From assembly GCA_051362555.1 (NCBI GenBank), contig JBPQGU010000016.1, forward strand, positions 5,952,001 through 6,016,000: 64,000 nt of DNA, read 5' to 3'. The DNA comes from Lingula anatina. Taxonomy: Eukaryota > Animalia > Brachiopoda. The notes under the pieces were generated by a model that had not been told where the DNA came from, did no database searches, and saw only the letters and a program-made list of their open reading frames with translations. This document shows, one piece after another, positions 50,101 to 59,399 of this stretch (positions are counted from its first letter, which is position 1; each line of letters begins with the position of its first letter). The translations under genes were made by a program, and so were the position numbers.

Positions 50101-53100
50101 ATGTGACCTTAAAATTGACCTTTGACCTACTTTTCACCATGAACTGAACTTTGCAAATTTTGCTTCCCTTTTGTCTCCAAAACTGGCAGAGATAGGTCCA
50201 TAGTTACTATTGAACTTGAATAGGAAGTCATATACTGGCAATCTAAATGTGACCTTTAAATTGACCTTTGACCTACTTTTCACCATGAACTGAACATTGC
50301 AAATTTTGCTTCCCTTTTATCTCCAAAACTGGCAGAGATAGGTCCGTAGTTTCTATTGGACTTGAATAGGAAGTCATATACTGGCAATCTTACTGTGACC
50401 TTGAAATTGACCTTTGACCTACTTTTCACCATGAACTGAACTTTGCAAATTTTGGTTTCCTTTTATCTCCAAAACTGGCTGAGATAGGTCCGTAGTTACT
50501 ATTGGACTTGAATAGGAAGTCATATACTGGCAATCTATATGTGACCTTAAAATTGACCTTTGACCTACTTTTCACCATGAACTGAACTTTGCAAATTTTG
50601 CTTTCCTTTTATCTCCAAAACTGGCTGAGATAGGTCCGTAGTTACTATTGAACTTGAATAGGAAGTCATATACTGGCAATTTACTGCGACCTTGAAATTG
50701 ACCTTTGACCTACCTTACGATGAACTTAACTTTGATTGTACCATTTTAAGTTATATATATTTTTTGCGTATTTTGAAAATTCTTGTTGATTGCATTTTTA
50801 TAGCTTGTCAAGCATAAGACTGGTGGCTGTGTCCCTTATTTTGTGTATGTGGGGGTCTATACGAATGCGCTTGCTCCAGCTGGTGGTACAATATTCGGAG
50901 GCGGTATCGCCTCTCTGATCCTCTAGTTTTTTCAAACTTTTAATTGCTAGCTAACATAATGAAGGTGTTATACAACATATCTGACCCACTGTCAGTATTT
51001 GGTTTAACCCTTTCTTATTCTTCAAAATCCCCCCTTCCCCCCTTGTATATAAATGTTTTTTCCTCAGATTCAGTTCTTAGGCATGTTTGAATTAGGCATG
51101 GTTGAACTAATCAGATACATAAAAGTTTTCTTTTGATATTTTCTGCATCATTACAACATTGTTTATTGATAATATAAAAATGACGGTAAACCTGTTATTG
51201 TGACGTGTAATAAAAGTGTCAAAAAAATGGATAAACACTCATGTCATTGCAGTTTGTCAGATTCAATCATTCACAGTGTTCAGAATCTGAGAATTGAGCA
51301 GAGTGGACATTTAAGGCCACTAGTAGGGTAAACTACACTTAACATCATGTTTTTGAGTTTTTTGTGTGTTTATATTAATCAAAAAAAGTATCTAACGTTG
51401 GATGTAATAATTTAAACAAAATATTTTTAGATGGGAATGAGCAATAGTTCCATCGGATTGTGTAACCGATAACAGGTAAATTGGCATTTTCCCCAAAAAA
51501 CTAGCGCTATAGCGTCATCCGATAGACACTGCACTTAATTTGTCTTAAATTGGCCTTTGGGGAAGTATGTTTTAGTTTTTTATTAAAACTTATAAGCCCA
51601 GGGCATTGTTTCTATGCATTTGGTCTTTTTACTATTAGTGGCCTTAAAATTGATCTGTTGATATGTTTCCCATGTCAACAATAGTTGATCATATAAAATT
51701 AACAGCAAATTGATTATTTTGTATTATGTAAAAAAAAGTGTTGAAAATGGAAATAAACTCATTTCATTATAGTTATTTCTTGTTTACATTTTGGCATTTT
51801 CAAGATGTGACTTAGAACTTTCATGGGCTTGAAGACCTTTCCATGTCATGTTTTCTTAATATCCATGATACTCTAACTTATTCTTAAAAGTTGATGGTGA
51901 TTATGCTGTTAAGCATTATGTTATATTACATCAAAATTGAAGAAAACCCTCTTTTAGGCACTGCTGCCATATTAACCATTAAATGAAATCCAGACTATTT
52001 CTCTCTCTCACTCTTTGTGCTCTGTACTGACCCTTTTCCTTTATTGTACCACCAGCGTAGGCGCTGGCGGTACTCATGGTTTTAGTCCCGTCCGGTCTGT
52101 TCCGCCGGCTCAGTAACCATGTCACCGTTACTGCCTTTCCTCCTAGCCTACAAGGGCCTACGTACCCATCTCTTGGATATAGGTCACATATAATCTCAAC
52201 TCGTTCAACGTAAAATTTGGGCTTCGTTGGTGCTGGGGTCTAGGTGTGGCGCTCATTGCAATGCACCCTTGTCCAAAAATGGCAAAATTAAATGCTAATT
52301 ATCTACCCTACGGAAGGAATTATGGTAAAAATTTCTACAGATGGCTGACCGAGAGTCATATGTGGAGATTTCAAATATGCCCTTGGATTTGTTTCCTTTA
52401 TTTCAAGGTCAAACGGGCCAAAATTTTCAAAAAAACGAATTTTTTTATGAAAAAAAAAAATTATTTGGGCTGATATTCAGAAACTATACAGACTTAACCA
52501 ATAATATTATTGGAAGGTGTTACCATTCGGGTCATCTTTCATCTCTCTGAATTTGGGGGTCAATCTGTGCATTTTCCTGGGAGTAGCGGCCATAAGATTC
52601 CAAAACTGAAAAACTGTCTCTAATTTGTTAATGCTAGAGACCCATTTTTTTAGTACCACCAGCGTGTACACTGGCGGTACTCATGGTTTTAGTCCCGACC
52701 CGTCTCGTCCGGCTCCGCCGGCTCCGTAAGCTCCGCCGGCTCCGCGTACTGGCGCCGGATACAAGTCACCGTTAATGCTTCTCCTCCTAGACCGCAAGGA
52801 CCCCTGTCCCCATCTCTTGGATTTAGGTCACATATAACCTCAACTTGAACCCCCAGGTTTTTTTGTCTCAGTCAGTGCATTAACCTGGGCGTGATGCTCG
52901 TTGAAATGCACCCTTGTCAAAATTTTTGAAAATTCAATGCCAATTATCTACCCTACGGAAGGAATTATGGGAAAAATTTCTACAGACGGCTTTCCAAAAA
53001 TCATATGTGTAGATTTCAAATATGCCCTTGGATTTGACCTTTGACCTTTATTTCAAGGTCAAACGGGCCAAAATTTTCAAAAAAATGAAATTTTTTACAA

Positions 53101-56100
53101 AAAAAATATTATTTGCGCTGTTATTCAGACACTACACAGACTTAATCAATAATATTATTGGAAAGTGTTACCCTTTGGGTCTTCTTTCATCTCCGTGAAT
53201 TTGGGGTCAATCGGTGCATTTTCACGGGAGAAGCGGCCATAAGATACCGAAACTGAAAACTGTCTCTAATTCGGGAACTGTGAATGCTAGCGACCCGTTC
53301 TTTTTTGCATTTTGTAGAGCATGTAAAGCCCAACATTGCATAGGTTTTGGTGTTATGCTGTATTAAAAAGTACATTGTGGTGGCACATTATTGTAACTCA
53401 GAATTGTAACATTATATCTCCAAAACTGGCAGAGATAGGTCAATAGTTACTATTAAAGTTGAATAGGATGTCACATACTGGCAATTTAACAGTGACCATA
53501 AAATTGACATTTGACCTACTTTTCATCATGAATTGAACTTTGCAAATTTTCGTTCCCTTTTATCTCCAAAACTGGCAGAGATAGTTTCATAGTTACTATT
53601 GAACTTGAATAGGAAGTCATATACTGGCAATTTACTGTGACCTTAAATTGGCATTTGACCTACTTTTTACCATGAACTGAACTTTGCAAATTTTTGTTCC
53701 CTTTTATCTCCAAAACTGGCAAAGATACGCCCATAGTTACTATTGAATTTGAATAGAAAGTCATTAGAGGCAATTTACTGTGACCTTTAAATTGACCTTT
53801 GACCTACTTTTCACCATGAACTGAACTTTGCAAATTTTCATTCCCTTTTATCTCCAAAACTGGCAGAGATAGGTCCATAGTTACTATTGAACTTGAATAG
53901 GAAGTCATATACTGGCAATCTAAGTGTGACCTTGAAATTGACCTTTGACCTACTTTTCATCATGAATTGAACTTTGCAAATTTTCTTTCCGTTTTATCAT
54001 CAAAACTGGCAGATATAGGTCCATAGTTACTATTGAACTTAAGTAGTAAGTCATATACTGGCAATTTACTGTGACCTTAAAATTGACCTTTGACCATCTT
54101 TTTACTATGAACTGAACTTTGCAAATTTTCTTTCTCCTTTATCTCCAAAACTGACAGAAATAGGTCCATAGTTACTATTGAACTTGAATAGGAAGTAATA
54201 CACTAGCAATCTGTGACCTTGAAATTGACCTTTGACCTACTTTTTATGATGAACTGCTTTTTGCATGTTTTCAGGCCTTTAAATCTGCAAAATTGGCAAA
54301 GTAATACCCATGGTTGCTATTGAACTTGAATAGAAATTCATATACTATGATATTGAAATTGACCTTTGACCTACTTTTTCACCATGAACTGAGCTTTGCA
54401 TATTTTCTTGCCTCTCATATCTTTAAAACTAGCAGAGATGTGCCCCTTGTTGCCCCTAGGTTTTCTCTTTTGTCAGCATATATGCACCATTGACAACACT
54501 TTTCAAGGAAAACCAATAGGCCTTTTGTCTAGAGAATACAGGAGTGATCAAGGGTAGGAAAATGCAAGTCAATTCGAAAATCTGCTTGATTATACCATTT
54601 TTAGTTATATTTTTTTGCATATTTTGAGAACTCTTATTGATTGCATCTGATAGATTTTGTCAAGCACAAGACTGGTGATGGTGTCCTTTTTTGGAGGGGT
54701 GGGGGGTCCATACGAATGCGCTTACTCCAGCTGGTGGTACAATATCCGGAGGCGGTTACCGCCTCTCTGATCCTCTAGTTTTTTTTTTTTTGCATTTTGT
54801 AGAGCATGTAAAGCCCAACACTGGAGGTGGTCTCCGTTTTTTTGTATTCCATATGGTTTTCGAGTTATGCTGTATCAAAAAGTACATTGTGGTGGTGAAA
54901 GCAAAATGTGCAGTATAGTAATGGATAATAAATTTTGAACCCCGGGAAAATAAAACATAAGGCTTGGCGAGGCAGACAACTTCTGGTCAAAAATGACATT
55001 ATTTCATGTGATTTGGACATCTGGAACTTCTGAGCACCTCCCATTTCAAGAATTTCAACCAAAATGACCTTTTCTTTATTTTAATTAATTTTTTCTGTAG
55101 GAAATTTATGGCACATTATTGTAACTCCAAAATTATAACATTTAGTCCCTTATATCTCCAAAACTGGCAAAGATAGGTCCATAGTTACTATTAAAGTTGA
55201 ATAGGAAGTCATATACTGGCAAACTAAATGTGACCTTGAAATTGACATTTGACCTACTTTTCATCATGAATTGAACTTTGCAAATTTTGGTTCCCTTTTA
55301 TCTCCAAAACTGGCAGAGATAGGTCCATAGTTACTATTGAAGTTGAATAGGAAGTCATGTACTGGCAATTTAACTGTGACCTTGAAATTGACCTTTGACC
55401 TACTTTTCATCATGAATCAAACTTTGCAAATTTAGGTTCTCTTTTATCTCCAAAACTGGCAGAGATAGGTCCCTAGTTATTTTTGAACTTAAATAGGAAG
55501 TCTTATACTGGTAATCTTACTGTGACCTTGAAATTGACCTTTGACCTACTTTACACCAAACTGAACTTTGCAAATTTTGGTTCCTTTTATCTCCAAAACT
55601 GGCAAAAATATGCCTATAGTTACTATTGAATTTTAAAAAAAAGTCATATACTGGCAATTTACCTTAAAATTGACCTACTTTTTATGATGAACTGAACTTT
55701 GATTGTACCATTTTTAGTTATATTTTTTTTTGCATATTTTGAGAATTCTTGTTGATTGCATTTTATAGAGCTTGTCAAGCACAAGACTGGTGGCGGTGTC
55801 CCTTATTATATTTTTTTTTTGGGGGGGGGGGTTCCATAAGAATGCGCTTACTCCAGCTGGTGGTACAATATCCGGAGGCGGTATCGCCTCTCTGATCCTC
55901 TAGTTATTCAGGTTATTGTTTGCATGCCATATTTGAAAAATATTTTGAATACAATGATTATCAAATTTATTTAAAAATAAATTATTCAGATTTACCAAAC
56001 CATCATTGTTCTGCATACTGTATAATTGGAGTTCGCAAAAAGACTTGGCCACGATATTATTGTACTGAAGTGTCAGCAACAAAGTATTTATGAGAAAAAA

Positions 56101-56242
56101 TCTCTTGCTACTGTCATTTATTTGTTTTTGTCAATTTCTTAAACACACTTTGTTTGTTTTTCAGATTGACCCCTCATCACAAAACTGCCGGCACTCGGTG
56201 GAAAACAGTGAAAACAACAGTACTGAAGATGAAACATTGTAA
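26198..56242 (+). CDS. Putative chimeric gene: PSMC1-derived N-terminus + signal peptide + V-type Ig domain + stalk + TM + short tail (327 aa; 248 aa if started at Met 28494)
   Basis: Exons 26198-26200, 27505-27633, 27889-27982, 28483-28593, 34428-34757 (alternative donor after 34751), 36913-36969, 37259-37306, 38168-38301, 56165-56242. All introns GT-AG, phases 0,0,1,1,1,1,1,0; 984 nt with no internal stop. The last exon is the least certain. Confidence 0.65.
26813..27058 (+). mobile_element. Short interspersed element (family C, HINE-like), copy 2
   Basis: AACTAGAAAAGCACTCCAAGAGCAAAGACCTCTGCCAAGG ... 3' hairpin ACCTCCTGAGTCCTCGGCGGAGGTAATAA. Confidence 0.7.
27440..28010 (+). other. Inverted genomic duplicate of PSMC1 exon 6, intron 6, exon 7 and flanks
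   Basis: 27505-27633 differs from the reverse complement of 19457-19585 at 9 of 129 nt; 27889-27982 aligns to 19124-19220 with one codon deleted; the intron between them and the flanks align by eye to PSMC1 introns 5, 6 and 7. Confidence 0.95.
29030..31021 (+). mobile_element. Helentron-like element family B (two heads, 29030 and 29393) with 159-bp internal repeats
   Basis: Terminal palindrome TGTACAGACACAGATGTGTCTGTACA, then (GTC)n; repeats CAGGTCAAGTTCGAAAATC.GCATGATCGGGCC at 29544, 29703, 29862; other end GTCTGTACATTTGACAGCTTTGCTGCCTTGTT. Confidence 0.7.
31298..31460 (-). mobile_element. 5'-truncated SINE copy (3' tail only)
   Basis: (AAT)n-CTTTATTG..CAACCCGAAGGTTGAAGTT..GAAGCCTGGTCATTTTTGC..TCTCACCTCCC matches the SINE at 46977-47345. 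Confidence 0.75.
31859..33822 (+). mobile_element. Helentron-like element family B, full-length copy
   Basis: Same palindromic head, 159-bp repeats and GACAGCTTTGCTGCCTTGTT end as 29030-31021. Confidence 0.75.
33833..34367. mobile_element. Fold-back MITE with ~150-bp TIRs, PIF/Harbinger-like
   Basis: GAGCGCATTCTCAACGAATTAAGCCAGGCTTTACAAAGCCGG... is mirrored at the right end; 3-bp TSD TAT. Confidence 0.9.
34428..34757 (+). CDS. V-type Ig domain exon of the chimeric gene
   Basis: Phase 1-1 exon encoding ..[37 protein letters not shown]..: D-strand R, E-strand pattern and D-x-G-x-Y-x-C are V-set hallmarks. Confidence 0.85.
35343..36597 (-). mobile_element. Helentron-like family A, copy 2, with ~6 x 146-bp repeats
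   Basis: Hairpin end GTACCACGTTAGCGCTGGCGGTAC, tandem 146-bp units, GAGGCGGTATCGCCTCTCTGATCCTCTAGTT end. Confidence 0.75.
36654..36812. mobile_element. hAT-like MITE
   Basis: CAGTGTT / AACACTG termini with near-perfect 8-bp TSD GTTTTAG(G/T). Confidence 0.6.
37772..37986 (+). mobile_element. PIF/Harbinger-like MITE family H, copy 2
   Basis: Same body as 8850-9056; TSD TAT. Confidence 0.85.
38168..38301 (+). CDS. Transmembrane exon of the chimeric gene
   Basis: [25 protein letters not shown] followed by basic stop-transfer RRRKR; acceptor TTTTCAG and donor AAG|GTAAAG. Confidence 0.85.
39540..42998 (-). pseudogene. DDE transposase (Kolobok type; family often labelled 'Mutator-like'), disrupted
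   Basis: Motifs CxxC..Cxx[46 protein letters not shown]. Removing 39774-41380 plus one TTAA restores AVGKL|NRGNMHL; an in-frame TAG at 39606-39608 precedes ...[10 protein letters not shown]. Confidence 0.9.
39774..41380. mobile_element. Non-autonomous Kolobok-type element nested in the transposase gene
   Basis: Perfect 17-bp TIR GGTAGATCGGTCGTTAC / GTAACGACCGATCTACC; TTAA TSD at 39770-39773 and 41381-41384; ~190-bp subterminal tandem repeats at 39800-40470. Confidence 0.92.
43847..45094. mobile_element. Non-autonomous Kolobok-type element
   Basis: TTAA|AGGGATAATCACTCTTC ... GAAGAGTTATTATCCCT|TTAA. Confidence 0.8.
45788..50928 (-). mobile_element. Helentron-like family A, copy 3, expanded by 146-bp satellite and ~1206-bp higher-order repeats
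   Basis: Both family A termini present; monomer period 146 (47735, 47881, 48027); spacer ATTGGTGGTAAAAGC recurs at 46504, 47348, 48554, 49761. Confidence 0.85.
46977..47345 (-). mobile_element. Full-length tRNA-derived SINE
   Basis: Minus strand: A box TGGCCTTGTGG, B box GGTTCAAATCC, central conserved-domain-like blocks, AATAAA and (ATT)n tail; interrupts the host motif AAAAGTACAT|ATTGGTGG. Confidence 0.9.
51060..51990 (+). mobile_element. Diverged internal fragment of Helentron-like family B
   Basis: TCCTCAGATTCA.TTCTTAGGCATGTT... matches 30328 and 32585 onward. Confidence 0.65.
51315..51643. mobile_element. Kolobok-type MITE
   Basis: TTAA|GGCCACTAGTAG ... CTATTAGTGGCC|TTAA, inserted into the family B fragment. 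Confidence 0.75.
52041..55905 (-). mobile_element. Helentron-like family A, copy 4 (interrupted by copy 5)
   Basis: Sequence before 52650 (GCTAGAGACCCATTTT) resumes after 54780 (TTTTGCATTTTGTAGAGC); these are contiguous in copy 3 at ~46390-46420. Confidence 0.8.
52651..54780 (-). mobile_element. Helentron-like family A, copy 5, nested in a T tract of copy 4
   Basis: Has its own hairpin end GTACCACCAGCGTGTACACTGGCGGTAC and CTCTGATCCTCTAGTT end; ~7 diverged 146-bp units. Confidence 0.8.
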
Positions 56243-56803
56243 ATTACTGTAAAGTAATTCTTCTATACACACAGACATTGAATATATGTGCCTCGTTATG
56301 AAACTAGGTAATGCAGATGTTAGAGCCTATAAATCCTACAAAATGTAATTCTAAGATATTAAATAGCCCCAGCAAACGGGTCTTTTTTATACATTCAGTA
56401 ATGAGAATGTAGAAATGAGTTCTAAGTAAATGAAAGTGCAGGCATCTAAAGATTGATTTATCTTAGAAAATCTTCAATGATAATATTTTTAAGATGCATT
56501 ATAGAGAAAACCGTTTTGCTAGGCTCTTTAAGTAACATTTTGAAAGATTTTATTGTCAGCTCTACATTACCTAGTTCTGTAACTAGCCATAGATGTTTCA
56601 AGTCTTTGGTAATGACTCTCATCTTTTCAATGGGCCAAAATCATCAATCTTTCCAATACATAATTTTAGAATCATAAGAAAAAATATATATTTCTATATA
56701 GAAGTGAACTGTAGGGTAGCCTGCTTTTCAACATTGTTCAACAGAAATGTTCTAATTGAATTAAATTATGACTGGAAAACTGCAGCATTGACAACATTCA
56801 CAA

Positions 56804-56838
<35 letters not shown>

Positions 56839-57479
56839 ATAGAAAAGACAGGGTCATTACCATGTTTCATTATGGCCTATTAATGGTTGCATACCAGTTT
56901 ACTGACAAGGCTTAAGAACCAAGTTCTTGAACAAAAACTTGATGAGAAACCACATGGGAAAGCTGCTTACTTGTTGGCGTGGTGATAAACACGTACCATG
57001 AATGGAATGTAGAGGGCAACTCATTGTATGGGATTTCATCAGATATCACTGTCTTAGCAGCGTACCTTGGATGCCTTAAAGTCAGATTACACTCTACCAT
57101 GGCCACAGATTGATTTTTAACTAGAAAGTCACAGATATTTCTCTGGTTAAACTGACGGTTATTCTATACTGTACTCATCAGAGAAAACGTACATATAATA
57201 CTAAGCTGCGGTCCTGGTAGAGGGTGGTAACTGGTTAAGTCACCTAAAAAGTTGGTTATAATGATATATAGATTAGAATCTTTACTTGTTTTTAGATATA
57301 TATATTTTTCACAGAATGCTTGTAATCTTGACAGTATACTTGTGATTATGTTATTTGCTACAGAGATGTATCCTGTTTAAAACGGTGCATTATCACCAGA
57401 TGTCTTGGTAAAGTAGACCCTGTAGTCCAGCTGCTATCTCTTTTCCTGTTAACTTTTCATGTCACAGCATGTCTTTATG

Positions 57480-58280
57480 TACTTCTGAATCAGATACATA
57501 ATCACATTACAAAAGTTTATTTTAGGAATGTTGAAATTGTAAAAACTCAGCAAAGCATATTTATAGTGTACTACTTCTGAATCAGATACATAATTGTATT
57601 TAAAAAGCTTATTTTAGGATTGTTGAAATTGTAAAAACTCTGTGAAGAAATTGGTTGTTGTAGGCTATGTAATCTTACAGCAGTGCATTTTGTTATGAAT
57701 TGCCTGCTTAAAATCTTGATTTTGTTTCCTAATGTTGATAAAGTCAGACTTCATAAAACAAAGTTAGTTGTATGCTAAGCATATTTATAGTGTACTACTT
57801 CTGAATCAGATACATTATTGTATTTAAAAAGCTTATTTTATGAACTTCTGAATCAGATACATTATGGTATTTAAAAAGCTTATTTTATGAACTTCTGAAT
57901 CAGATACATTATGGTATTTAAAAAGCTTATTTTATGAACTTCTGAATCAGATACATTATCGTATTTAAAAAGCTTATTTGATGAACATCTGAATCAGATA
58001 CATTATCGTATTTAAAAAGCTTATTTTATGAACTTCTGAATCAGATACATTATCGTATTTAAAAAGCTTATTTTATGAACATCTGAATCAGATACATTAA
58101 CGTATTTAAAAAGCTTATTTTAGGAATGTTGAAATTGTAAAAACTCTGTGAAGAAATTGGTTGTTGTAGGCTATGTAATCTTACAGCAGTGCATTTTGTT
58201 ATGAGTTGCCTGCTTAAAATTTTGATTTTGTTTCCTAATGTTGATGGGGTGCTGATAAAGTCAGACCTCATAAAACAAAT
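57480..58280 (+). repeat. 47-bp minisatellite inside a larger local duplication
   Basis: ACTTCTGAATCAGATACATTAT(G/C)GTATTTAAAAAGCTTATTTTATGA, about 7 copies at 57797-58120; flanks duplicated (57573-57790 versus 58080-58280). Confidence 0.9.
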
Positions 58281-59399
58281 TATAAATTGTATACTAAGCA
58301 TACAATTTATAATTCGTTACAATACCTCTGTCTGCCAGTCTTGATGTAAACTTTAAAAAATATTGTAATCTGAAAATGATGTTGGGAATGGTCCCTATGA
58401 CTACGTAGTCATTAGCCATTGACCATAGCTATGGTTTTCATCTCTGTTTTATTGTGGTCTTTTACTCAGTTTAATTGTCAGCCTTGACTTTTTACATTGG
58501 AAAAAAAATTATTATTGTTTTTACACCATCTGATCATAGATGCAATGAAAAAAAAACTTCAGTGAAAAAAATATTCAGTGGAGTGGAATCATTTAGTTTT
58601 TTAGCTTCTGTTTTAGTTTATACAAGGTACTGTCAATTTTAGTCTCTGAAAATGTAATTTGCTTTCATGTAATAAAAAGTGCATAATAAAATAACATTTA
58701 CATCACATTTCTTTTAATTTGAAATAGCTCAAAAAGAACAGTTTGAAAGAGCAAACATTATAGCCATAAAAATGACATCACTGTTATAATCATTGGCCTA
58801 TATATCACATGACTATCAAAATGGCAGACGAGATGATTGTCGATTAATAAACTGAATGCAGTTTATTAGTGAAATAAGAATATTTTCTCAACAATTTCTA
58901 TTCTGATTATTAATGATTAAAATCTGTTTGGTTGGAGGGACATTATTTTCTAGTTGTTTTCGACTCTCACCATGGCTGACCGAATTAAAAATTACCGCAA
59001 TTGACAGACAGATGCATGTGTTGCTACCGCAGCGCCCTCTGTCGATCGATCAATAATTGGTGAAGTGACGTTACAGGATCGACGAGAATAGATAGATGAC
59101 CGACGAAAATAGTTAGAGCACTGTTTTCAATACACCGTAGACGAGAAATGTTTGACAATTGATTTGACGAAAATAGATGCTGAATTTATTATAGGCTCGT
59201 TTAATCGATGGGAAGGCAGTGAATCGACGAAACAACTGAATCGACGAGATGAATTTTTGCCCTTTTGGCCGCCCATATTATTCACCTCGGCCTATTTAAA
59301 TATTAGCTGTATTGATTTTTGTATTATTTGGGGATTAAAAACACAAAACCACTGTTCCTGTGCTCACTTGTTCTTACAGTGGGTTCCGGATTACCTAAC

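Noticed and set aside
47600-50730. CRISPR-like array
   Set aside because: Units are near-identical along their whole length with no unique spacers; eukaryotic satellite, no cas genes.
46288-55062. Recurrent short ORFs ([10 protein letters not shown]...) as a gene family
   Set aside because: They are translations of the repeated non-coding spacer of family A, with non-ATG starts and inconsistent frames.
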